Source: Mobula hypostoma (taxonomy: Eukaryota). From it: a stretch of DNA of 64,000 nucleotides. Positions 12,428-24,138 of the stretch are shown piece after piece. The DNA is taken from contig NC_086097.1 of the NCBI RefSeq assembly GCF_963921235.1, positions 242,980,001 through 243,044,000 on the forward strand, given 5' to 3'. The position numbers and the translations under genes were made by a program. Numbering within the stretch: position 1 is the stretch's first letter; each line of letters begins with the position of its first letter. The notes under the pieces are model-generated. The model saw only the letters and a program-made list of their open reading frames with translations, had not been told where the DNA came from and made no database searches.

Positions 12428-12745
12428 CTACTAGTATTGATTATTACCTCAGCGGGATCAGCTGCTGAATTTCATTACAAGGGTAAGTTTAATTCAGAAA
12501 GTAATCCATTAGCTATTGGTCTCTTCAGAATATCATGAAGATGTTAAATATATACTCACAGAGGACTTAACAAATAGTGGAAAATGGGGTAGGTGAAAAA
12601 TCAAAGCATTTTAAAACGTGAAATGGAAAATTTTAATCAACTTTTATCTTTAAGTGGTGTCCACAGGGATCTTCTCTGAGACCCCAGCTCTTTGTGATTT
12701 TTATAAATGCGGAAGTGGAAGGGTAGATTAGGGAGTTTGCAGATA

Positions 12746-15700
12746 CAGGGGCGCCTAGGTTCAACTCGAGTAGCAGCAGTACTCTCAATGGATATGACTG
12801 AATACTTTCGTTTCAGTCTGATACAGCTAAAAAGCACAACTGCTTCCAAGGTCAGTACAGTCAACAAAGATGTCTTAATGCGTTTAGACGAACTATGGCT
12901 GCTTAAAACCGACGGAAACAACACCGATTGTGGTTGGAAGCGCCCACGGATGATACCTCGGAGGAAGCGTGAGTGTAGATCTGGATTACAAGTGCGTTTA
13001 AGGAAACGGGGTTTTAAACGCCCTATACCAACTACCTTGCTGGCAAACGTGCAGTTTCTGGCGAATAAAATCGATGATTTCAGAACTTGACTTCTGAATC
13101 AGAGGGACATTAGGACCGTGTGTGTCCTTTGTTTCACGGAATCCTGGTTAACCCCTTCTGTAGCGGAAGCAGCGATTCAGATCGATGGATTTACTCTACA
13201 CCGTCAGGATAGATCTATAGAGTCTCTCAAAAGCAGAGGTGGAGAAGTATGCCTCATGATCAACTCTTCTTGGTGCACAAATATATCAGTGCTGTCCCAA
13301 TTCTGCTCACCAGACCTGGAATATCTAGCAATAAAATGCCGTCCTTTTTACCTACCGCGGGAGTTCTCTGGGATCATTTGGTAGTAGTATACACTCCACC
13401 TCAGGCCAATGTCAAGCAGGCTTTAGATGATCAGAGTAATGGGATCAACATGCACGAACCAACACACCCTAATGCCTTCACCGTCATTTTGGGAGATTTT
13501 AAACCAGGTCAATCTGAAAAAAAAAATCACTAAGCAATTACCATCAATAGATCACTTGCAGAACTACAGGAAACAATACACTGGACATTGCTACACCACA
13601 ATCAAGAATGCCTACTGCGCTATTACACGCCCTCACTTCGGGAAGTCTGATCACCTGGCTGACTGAGTATAGGCAGAGACTGAAGACTGCAGCACCAGTA
13701 GTGAGGACCAAGAAGGTTTGGACAAAGGAAGCACAGGAGCGCCTACAGGACTGCTTTGAATCAGTAGACTGGACTATTCAGGGATTCATCTTCGAACCTG
13801 GATGAGTACGCCGCAGTTGTTACCGATTTCATTAAAACCTGTGTCGATGAGTGTGTGCCCATAAGGACGTTCCCAAACCAAAAGCCATGGATGAACCAGG
13901 AGGTACATCGTCTGCTGGAGGCTAGATCTGTGGCATTCAAATCTGGCAACCTAGGCCTGTACCAGAAAACCAGGTATGATTTGCACAGGGCTACTTCAAG
14001 GGTGAAGAGACAATTTCGAACGAGGTTGGAGGTGACATCGGACGCACAGCAACTCTGGCAGGGTCTGCAAGACATTACTTCCTACAAAGTGAAACCCAAT
14101 AGCATAAATGGCAGCGATACTTCACTACCAAATGAACTCAACACCTTCTATGCCCGGTTTTAAAGGGAGAACACAACTACAGCTGTGAAGATCCCTGCTG
14201 CACCTTATGACCCTGTGATCTCTGTCTCGAAGGCCGATGTTAGGCTATCTTTAAACAGAGTGAACCCTCGCAAGACAGAAGGTCCCAATGGAGTACAAAG
14301 AAAGACTCTGAAAACCTGTGCCAACCAACTAGCGGGACTACTCAAACACATTTTCAACTGCTATGGGCGGAAGTTCAACAATTATACCAGTGCCTAAGAA
14401 GAATAAATTGAACTGCCTTAATGACTATCGCCCAGTAGCACTTACATCGACAGTGATGAAATGCTTTGAGAGGGTGGTCATGACTAGACTGAACTCCTGC
14501 ATCAGCAAGGACCTGGACCCATTGCATTTTGCCTATTGCCACAATAGGTCAATGGCAGACACAATCTCAATGGCTCTCCACACGGATTTAGACCACCTGA
14601 CAACACAAACACCTACGTCAGGATGCTGTTCATCAACTATAGCTCAGCATTTAATACCACCATTCCCACATTCCTGATTGAGAAGTTGCAGAACCTGGGC
14701 CTCTGTATCTCTCTCTACAATTGGATCCTCGACTCCCTAACTGACAGACCACAATCTGTGCCGATTGGTGATAATATATTCTCCTCGCTGACTATCAATA
14801 CTAGTGCACCTCAGGGGTGTGTGCTTAGCCCACTGCTCTACACTCTATATACACATGACTGTGTAGCTAGGCATAGCTCAAATACCATCTATAAATTTGC
14901 TGATGATACAACCATTGTTGGTAGAATCTCAGGTGGTGACGAGAGGGCATACAGGAGTGAGGTATGCCAACTAGTGGAGTGGTGCCACAGCAACAACCTG
15001 GCACTCAATGTCAGGAAGACGAAAGAGCTGATTGTGGACTTCAGGAAGGGCAAGACGAAGGAGCACATACCAATCCTCATTGAGGGATCAGAAGTGGAGA
15101 GAGTGAGCAGCTTCAAACTCCTGGGTGTCAAGATCTCTGAGGATCTAACCTGGTCCCAACATGTCAATCTAGTTATAAAGAAGGCAAGACAGCAGCTATA
15201 CTCTATTAGGAGTTTGAAGAGATTTAGCATGCTAAAAAATACACTCAAAAACTTCTATTGTTGCACCGTGGAGAGCATTCTAACAGTCTGCATCACTGTC
15301 TGTTATGGAAGGGCTACTGCACAGGACTGAAAGAAGCTGCAGAAGGTTGTAAATCTAGTCAGCTCCATCTTGGGTACTAGACTACAAAGTTAGGTTGCGG
15401 TGTCTCAGAAAGGCAGCATTCATTATTAAGGGCCTCCATCACCCAGGGCAAGCCCTTTTCTCACTGTTACCATCAGGTAGGAGTTACAGAAGCTTGAAGG
15501 CACACACTCAGCGATTCAGGAACAGCTTCTTCCCCTCTGCCATCCGATTCCTAAATGGATGAACCCATGAACACTATCTCAGTTTTTTAAAATATACAGT
15601 ATTTCTGATTTTACATGTTTTTAAAAATCTATTCAATGTACGTAATTGATTTACTTGATCATTATTATTATTTTAATTTAATTTATTATTATTTTTCTCT

Positions 15701-15790
15701 GCTAGATTGTGTATTATATTGAACTGCTGCTGCAAAGTTAACAAATTTCACGTCACATGCCGGTGATAACAAACCTGATTCTGATTCTGA
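12746..15790 (+). mobile_element. Near full-length Rex1/Babar LINE (APE endonuclease plus RT, disrupted)
   Basis: [56 protein letters not shown], and a (ctgatt)n tail. Inserted into an old CR1 fragment at its FADD codons (12655-12745 and 15791-15830). Confidence 0.92.
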
Positions 15791-16304
15791 GAGGGCACAG
15801 AGGTTGGCGGTGGTGTGATGAGTGTGAAGTTTACAACGCCCCCTTCCCTTGTCACCTTCATTACATTACACTGCACTTTGTCTGAAAGTTCCATCCCATT
15901 CCCTTGTCCTGCCAGCACTACCTTTCCCTTCCCTCAACCCAAGGGCTACTCTCCATTGTGGTTGACCAGGCCCAAGGTCATGTTAGTACCGGCTCCTGTC
16001 TATCTGTTCTCCCCTCTTCCCTGGTCTGAGTCACTTAACCTCACTTTCCCCTCTATTCTCCATCCCCCACCAACCTGCTCTTCATTAGGCCCCAGATTCC
16101 GTGGAAGGACTACTCATCACGATTCCCCAAACTATTTCTTCCCCCACTCCACCACACTGCAAGAACAGCTCCTCCCATGGCATTCTCTACACTAGTCCTT
16201 CCCTCTTGTCAGGGCACTTTCCCATTCATACACACAAGATGCTTTATAACCTTCCCATAAACCAAGGCATTTGTATGTTCAGTTTTTCTAAACTGTCTTC
16301 ATAC

Positions 16305-16565
16305 TGGGCGCCAAGGTAGCTGAGTGGTTAGCACGACTCTGATACAGCTCAGAGTTCAATTCTGGCACTCTTCTGTAAGGAGTCTCTGTAACATTGCTTT
16401 TCCCTGGGTGCTCTGGTCTCCCCCCACAGTCTAAAGATGTAGTGGGTAGGTTAATTGGTCATTGTAAGTTGTCCATGATGAGGTTGAGGTTAATTGGGTT
16501 TGTCAGCGGTCGCTGGGGCCCAAAGGGCCAGAAGGGCCTACCCCGTGCTTTATCGCTAAAATAAC
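16305..16565 (+). mobile_element. V-SINE/HE1-like SINE with CR1-type tail
   Basis: tRNA-like head, V-domain-like 'gggtgctctggtctcccccacagtctaaagatg', tail gggccagaagggcct. Confidence 0.7.
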
Positions 16566-16589
16566 ATTTTTAGTTTATTTTATCTTTTA

Positions 16590-16806
16590 TTTTACTTGGA
16601 CGTACAGGCCCTTCTGGTCCAATGAGCCCACGCTGCTCAATTACCCTACTAGCCCGTATGTCGTGGGAGGAAACAGGAGCACCCAGAGGAAACCCATGTG
16701 GTCACGGGGAGAGCATACAGACTCGTTACGGACAGTGGCGGAGTTGAACCCTGGTCGCCGGCACTGTCATAGCATTACGCTAATTGCTGCATTATGGTCC
16801 CGCCCC
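16590..16806 (-). mobile_element. V-SINE/HE1-like SINE (tail-to-tail with the previous copy)
   Basis: Reverse-complement V-domain 'gtgggaggaaacaggagcacccagaggaaacccatg' plus head. Confidence 0.7.
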
Positions 16807-17429
16807 CAGTTTGAAGACAAAGACAAAGTGACTCTTTGGTGAACGGCTCAATTCAAGCAAGCCCCCCCCTCAAGTTCTTGATCACCTGTAAATATAATTC
16901 TCCACACCGGTCTTGCGTCAGTCTTTTTATCCCATGCTGTTATGGAGTCTATTCAAAGAAAAAAAGGCCCCAAGGCCCACCATATCAATGCTGACCATCA
17001 CACACTATCTATACTAATCGTACTTGCCTGTATTAATTCAACATCACTCATTCGAGCACCCATGATGGGTAGGGCAGCTGCCCATTAACTGGTTTCACCT
17101 CACCTTCCACGCCTTGTCACCTTTCTCTCTCCTGCTCCCCCACCTGGCTCCATCTGTCACCATTTCCCTCCATCTGCTTGCTAAGCAAACTTCAGTAGAA
17201 ATCTTTTAACAGACGATTCATTTTCTACTTGTTTGTCCTCGATCACTTCAAATTAACAGAAGCCGACCAAAAAAAAAATCAAAAATACTAGTAGAATCGA
17301 GAAACTGAAGGAAGTAAATAGTGGACAAAATATTGTGGTGGAGAAGTTGATGATCTTGAAAGCCTGGAAATCCCAGGAACCTGATACCTTCACTTCAGAG
17401 TTTTCAGAGAAGCGTCTGTAGAGATAGGG

Positions 17430-18068
17430 AAAGCAACACACACAAAATATCAGAGGAACTCAGCAGGCCAGCCAGCATCTATGGAAAAGAGTACAGGCAA
17501 CATTTTGGGCTGAAACCCTTCAGCAGGACTGGAGGAAAAAAAAGATGAGGAGTAGATTTCAAAGGTGGGGGAGGCGAGGGGGAAACACAAATTGATAGGT
17601 GAAACCTCAAGGGGGAGGGATGATGTAAAGAGCTGGGAAGTTGATTGGTGAAAGAGACACAAGGCCATGGAAGGCAAAAAAAAGGGGGGAGGAGCACCAG
17701 AGGGAGGTGATGGGCAGGCAAGGAGATAAGGTGAGAGAGGGAAAAGGGGTGGGAAATGGTGAAGGAGCGAGGGGGTGGGGGCCATTACCGGAAGTTTGAG
17801 GAATTGATGTTCATGCCATCAGGTTGGAGGCTACCTTAATGAAACACAAATTATGTTCCTCCAACCTAAGTGTGGCCTCATCACGACTGTGGAGGAGGCC
17901 ATGGACGGCCGTATTCAAATGGGAATGGGAAGTGGAATTAAACTGGCTGGCCACTGGGAGATCCCACTTGTTCTGGTAGACGGAGCATAGATGCTCAAAG
18001 TGATCTCCCAAGCTACGTTGGGTCTCACCGATACACAGGAGGCCACACCGGGAGCACCGAACACAGCA
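17430..18068 (-). mobile_element. Penelope-like element, 3' part (split by a CR1)
   Basis: ORF 17811-18011 (GDHFEHL...LPVASQFNSTSHSH) is the GIY-YIG C-terminus. The element continues at 22140. Confidence 0.8.
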
Positions 18069-18074
18069 AATTAC

Positions 18075-21000
18075 TTATCCTCAGTGTCAGAGCTTTAGCA
18101 AGAGGGATTTATCACAGGTCGGCGGCAGTTATTTAAAAAGGGAGCTTCGAGAGTGTTAGTCCATTGTACGTGGCCTATCAGCGGTTATAACTGGAGCACC
18201 AATCGTGAGTTAACTAGCAGAGAAGGTTCAGGCAAAAAAGGGAGGAAATTCTGAAATCAGACTACAGGGAGTTAGGAAGGAAGTTGAGAAGCAGGACCTC
18301 AAAAGGTAGTAATCTCGAGATTACTGCTTGTGCCATGTGACAGTGAGTACAGGAATAGAGTGAGGTGGAGGATAAATGTGTGGCTGAGGGATTGGAGCAG
18401 GGACAGGGATTCAGATTTCTGGATCATTAGGACCTCTTTCGGGGCAGGAGTGACCTGTACAAAAAGGACGGGCTGCACTTGAATCCGAAGGGGACCAATA
18501 TCCTGGCAGGGAGGTTTGCTAAGGCTATTGGGAAGAGTCTAAACTAGAATTGCTGAGGGGTGGGAACTGAACTGAAGAGACGGAGGAAGGGGCGGTTGGC
18601 TCACATACAGAGAAAGCTTGGAGACAGTGTGAGAGGGAGGATTGGCAGGTGATAGAGAAGGGGTGCGCTCAGACTGATGGTTTGAGATGTGTCTATTTTA
18701 ATGCAAGTGTAACGTTCCGTTATATTGGCTCGTGTATGTCTAGGGGAAATCCCGCCCAGCACCTGCTTCAACACTCCCCTCAGGGTCAGTCGCCGCCCAA
18801 ATCAATCACAAACATCAATCATCAGCCAGCACACCCAGTAAATTTTAACAAATACACTTTATAGATATTACTAATTCTATGACATTAATATGCATTTGAT
18901 ACAGAGAGGAAAGTAATGGAAAAAAAAAGGCGCCAACACTCATCAAAGTCCAAGTTCTTCGCGCGCTACCGTTGGAGCTCAATTCGATGTCAGACGACCA
19001 CCCGAATTCCGTCGACTCACGGCTCGGGACCACCCTGAGTGATCGACCGGAGCCTCTCCGCACATCCGCCGTCCTCCTCGTCTCTCCTCCGACTCCCCGC
19101 CAAAACCCAGTCCACAGTCATATCATACAGCATGGCATCCGAAAACAAAACGATACATAACCACCCATTGGCTAATAGAACCTTGTTATCATCATTTTAA
19201 AGTAAAACAAACTGTTAGCGCAAACTCTCTGCAGCGTTAAAACACAACAAAGCTGCATTCCCCAGATTAACATAACAAAATCGCCATTTTAAATGTAACA
19301 AAAGAAAGGCCCCGTACACAAGAATCATCATGAACAAAGCGGATGAGTTTAGAGTGTAGATCAGTACTTGGATCTAGGATGTTGTGGTCATTGCAGAGAG
19401 TTGGATGGCTCAGGGGCAGGAATGGCTACTTCAAGTGCCTGGCTTTAGATGTTTCAGAAAGGACAGGGAGGGAGGCAGAAGAGGTGGGGGTGAGGCACTA
19501 CTGATCAGAGATAGTGTCACGGCTGCAGAAAAGGAGGAAGTTATGAAGAGATTGTCTACTGAGTCTCTGTGGATGGAAGTTAGAAACAGGAAGAGATCAA
19601 TAACGCTGCTGGGTGTGTTTTTTTTTGTATAGACCACCCAACAGTAACAGGGACATCGAGGAGCAGATAGGGAAGCAGATTCTGGAAAAGTGTAATAATA
19701 ACAGGGTTGTCATGGTGGGAGGTTTTAATTTCTCAAATATTGATTGGCATCTCCATAGAGCAAATGGTTTAGATGGGGTGGAGTTTGTTAGGTGTGTTCA
19801 GAAAGGTTTCTTGACACAATATGTAGATGAGAGACTGTACTTGATCTGGTATTGGGAAATGAACCTGGTCAGGTATCAGATCCCTCAGTGGGAGAGCATT
19901 TTGGAGATAGTGATCACAATTCTATCTCCTTTACCATAACATTGGAGAAGGATAGGAACAGACAAGTTAGGAAAGCATGTAATTGGAGTAAGGGGAAATA
20001 TGAAGCTATCAGGTAGGAACTTGGAAGCATAAATTGGAAAAAGGTGTTCTCAGGGAAACGTATGGAAGAAATGTGGCAAATGTTCAGGGGATATTTGCGT
20101 GGTGTTCTGCATAGGTACGTTCCAATGAGACATGGAAAGGATGGTTGGGTACAGGAACCATGGTTTACAAAGGCTGTAGAAAATCTAGTCAAGAAGAAAA
20201 GACAAACTTACGAAAGGTTCAAAAACTAGGTAATGATAGAAATCTAGAAGATTATAAAGCTAGCAGGAAGGAGCTTAGAAATGAAATTAGGAGAGCCAGA
20301 AAGGGCCATGAGAAGGCTTTGGCAAGCTGGATCAAGGAAAACCCCAGGGCATTCTACAAGTATGTGAAGAGCAAGAGGATAAGATGTGAGAGAATAGGAC
20401 TAATCAAGTGTGACAGTGGAAGAGTGTGTATGGAACCAGAGGAGATGGCAGAGGTACTTAATGAATACTTTGCTTCAGTATTCACTACGGAAAAGGATCT
20501 TGACAATTGTAGGGATGACTTACAGCAGCTTCAGCATATAGACATTAAGAAAGAGGATGTGCTGGAGATTTTGGAAAGCATCAAGTCGGGCAAGTCTTCA
20601 GGACTGGATGAGATGTACCCCAGGCTACTGTGGGAGGTGAGGGAGGAGATTGCTGAGCCTCTGGAAATGATCTTTGCATCATCAATCAGGATGGGGGAGG
20701 TTCTGGAGGATTAGATGGTTGCAGATGTTGTTCCCTTATTCAAGAAAGGGAGTAGAGATGGCCCAAGAAACTACAGACCAGTGAGTCTTACTTCAGTGCT
20801 TGGTAATTTGATGAAGATCCTGAGAGGCAGGATTTGTGAACATTTGGAGAGGCATAATATGATTAGGAATAGTCAGCCTGGCTTTGTCAAAGGCAGGTCG
20901 TGCCTTACGAGCCTGATTGAATTTTTTGAGGATGTGACTAAACACATTGATGAAAGTAGAGCAGTAGATGTAGTGTGTATGGATTTCAGCAAGGCATTTG

Positions 21001-22138
21001 ATAAGGTAACCCATGTAAGGTTTATTGTGAAAGTAAGGAGGTATAGGATCCAAGGGGACCTTACTATCCACATCCAGAATTGGCTTGCCCACAGAAGGCA
21101 AAGAGTGGTTGTAGATGGGTTATATTCTGCATGGAGGTCGGTGACCAGTGGTGTACCTCAGGGATCTGTTCTGGGACCCCTTCTCTTCGTGATTTTTATA
21201 AATGACCTGGATGAAGTAGTGGAGGGATGGGTTAGTAAATTTGCTGATGACACAAAGGTTGGTGGTGTTGTGGATAGTGTGGAGAGCTGTCAGAGATTAC
21301 AGCGAGACATCGATAGGATGCAAAATTGGGCTGAGAATGTGACAGATGGAGTTCAACCCAGTTACATGTGAGGTGGTTCATTTTGGTAGGTCAAATATGA
21401 TGGCAGAATATAGTATTAATGGTAAGACTCTTGGCAGTGTGGAGGATCAGAGGGATCTTGGGGTCCGAGTCTATAAGACCCTCAAAGCTGCTGCGCAGGT
21501 TGATTCTGTGGTTAAGAAAGCATATGGTGCATTGGCCTTCACCAACCGTGGGATTGAGTTTAGGAGCTGAAAGGTAATGTTGCAGATATATAGGACCCTG
21601 GTCAGTCCCCACATGGAGTACTGTGCTCAGTTCTGGTCACCTCACTATAGGAAGGATGTGGAAACTATAGAAAGGGTGCGGAGGAGGTTTACAAGGATGT
21701 TGCCTGGATCAGGGAGCATGCCTTACGAGAATAGTTTGAGTGAACTCTGCCATTTTTCCTTGGATCAAGTGAAGATGAGTTGTGACCTGATAGAGGTGTA
21801 TAAGATTTTGAGAGGCATTGATCGTATGGATAGTCAGAGGTTTTTTCCCAGGGCTGAAATGGCTATCACAAGAGGGCACAGTTTTCAGGTGCTTGGAAGT
21901 AGGTACAGAGGAGATGTCGGGTAAGTTTTTTTTATATAAACGTAGAGGGTGGTGAGTGCGTGGAATGGGCTGCTGGCGATGGTGGTGGATGCGGATATGA
22001 TACTCCTGGATAGGTACATGGAGCTTGGAAAAATAGAGGGCTATGGGTAACCCCAGGTAAATTCTAAAGTGCATGTTCGTCACAGCATTATGGGTCGAAG
22101 AGCTTGTATTGTACTGTCGTTCTTCTGCGTTTCTATGT
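18075..22138 (+). mobile_element. CR1 LINE with ORF1 esterase end and disrupted ORF2
   Basis: KKDGLHLNPKGTNILAGRF (SGNH esterase of CR1 ORF1); APE (IAESW, YRPP, GDSDH); RT ([36 protein letters not shown]); tail ttctatg. Confidence 0.93.
18708..19318. mobile_element. Solo LTR (Gypsy-type)
   Basis: TGTAACG...CGTACA termini with 4-bp TSD CAAG (18704-18707 and 19319-19322). CpG-rich; splits the start of CR1 ORF2. Confidence 0.85.
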
Positions 22139-22139
22139 T

Positions 22140-22800
22140 AAATGACCCCCAACAGACTCACAGGTGAAGTGTCACCTCACCTGGAAGGATTGTTTGGGAC
22201 CCTGAATGGTAGTGAGGAAGGAGGTGAAGGGGCAGGTGTGGCACTTGTTCCGCTTGCAAGGTAAGTTCCAGGAGGGAGATCAGTGAGGAGAGACGAATGG
22301 AAAAGGGAGTCGTGTAGGGAGCGATCACTGCAGAAAGCAGAAAGTAGGGGGAAGGAAAGATGTTCTTGCTGGTGGGGTGCTGTTGGAAGTGGCAGAAGTT
22401 TCAGAGAATTATGAGCTGGACGTGGAGGCTATTGAGGTGGAGGAACCCTATCCCTGGTAAGGTGGTGAGAGGATGAGATAAGAGCAGACGTGTGAAATGG
22501 AAGTGATACAGTTGAGGGCAGCGTTGAGAGTGGAGGAGGGGAAGCACCTTTCTTTGAAAAAGGAGGACATCTCCTTGGTTGTGGATTGAAAAGCCTTATC
22601 CTGAGAGCAGATGCGGTGGAGACAGAGGAATTGAGAGAAAGGGATGGCGTTCTTAAAGGTAACAGGGTGGGACAAGGTATAGTCCCCGGTAGCTGTGAGA
22701 GTCCGTGGGTTTGTAATGGACATCAATGGATAAGCCGTCTCTGGAGGTAGAGACAGTGAGATCGAGAAAGGCCAGGGAGATGTCGGAAATGGATCGAGAA
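22140..22800 (-). mobile_element. Penelope-like element, upstream part (RT thumb/linker)
   Basis: ORF 22448-22900 contains HPVTFKNAIPFSQFLCLHRICS, typical of the PLE RT C-terminal region. Confidence 0.8.
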
Positions 22801-23275
22801 AGGAAAGGCAGGTGTCTGAGGTAGTGGATGCTCTGGCTTTCTTCTTCCAGAATGCTATAGATTCCGGACTTGCTCTCTTGGATTGGATGGTAATAAACAT
22901 TAAAAACGAAGGAAGAGAAGACAGTGGATTGCCAATCTGTTAGGCAACCTCAGTCGCATCCATCATGAAGGACTCTCACCATCCAGGACATGCCCACTTC
23001 CCGTGGCTACCATCGGAGGAAAGAGTACAGGAACCTGAAGGTTCACACTCAATGCTTTAAGAACAGCTTCGTTTGGAACAGTTCATGAACCTATGAACAC
23101 AACCTCATTTTTAACACTGATTTCTTATTGTAACTTGGCTTTTTTCTGTCATGCACTGTACTGCTCCTGCAAAACACTAGAACCAGACACAGCACATGTT
23201 CATGAAAAATTCAAATGTAAGCAATTTGCTGAAGATCAGGGATTTGACTTGTGAACCAGACAAGAGAAGTGAGTG

Positions 23276-24138
23276 TAAACACGAGGAATTCTGCAGATGC
23301 TGGAAATTCAAGCAACACTGATCTCCCTCCTGGCACTTATCCTTGTAAGCGGAACAAGTGCTACACATGCCCATTACACTTCCTCCCTTACCACTATTCA
23401 GGGCCCCAGACAGTCCTTCCAGGTGAGGCATCACTTCACCTGAGAGTCGACTGGGGTGATATACTGCGTCCGGTGCTCCCGATGTGGCCTTCTATATATT
23501 GGTGAGGCCCGACGCAGACTGGGAGATCGTTTTGCTGAACACCTACACTCCCTCCGCCAGAGAAAGCAGGATCTCCCAGTGGCCACACAATTTAATTCCA
23601 CATCCCATTCCCATTCTGGTATGTCTATCCACGGCCTCCTCTACTGTAAAGATGAAGCCACACTCAGGTTGGAGGAACAACACCTTATATTCTGTCTGGG
23701 TAGCCTCCAACCTGATGGCATGAACATCGACTTCTCTAACTTCTGCTAATGCCCCACCTCCCCCTCGTATCCCATCCGTTATTTATTTATATACACACAT
23801 TCTTTCTCTCTCTCCTTTTTTTCCCCTCTGTCCCTCTGACTATACCCCTTGCCCATCCGCTGGGTTTTATCCCCCCCTCCCCCTTTTCCTTCTCCCCGGA
23901 TCCTGTCCCATGATCCTCTCATATCCCTTTTGCCAATCACCTGTCCAGCTCTTGGCTCCATCCCTCCCCCTCCTATCTTCTCCTATCATTTTGGATCTCC
24001 CCCTCCCACTTTCAAATCTCTTACTCGCTCTTCTTTCAGTTAGTCCTGACGAAGGGTCTCGGCCCGAAATGTCGACTGTACCTCTTCCCATAGATGTTGC
24101 CTGGCCTGCTGCGTTCACCAGCAACTTTGGTGTGTGTT
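23276..24138 (+). mobile_element. Penelope-like element (GIY-YIG plus terminal repeat) with inverted tail at the left end
   Basis: IYCVRCSRCGLLYIGEARRRLGDRFAEHL; TSD aagagaaRtgagtg at 23262-23275 and 24139-24152. Confidence 0.9.
24042..24077 (+). ncRNA. Minimal type I hammerhead ribozyme motif
   Basis: agtc-CTGACGA-a-GGG(tctcgg)CCC-GAAA-t-GTC-gact. Confidence 0.7.
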
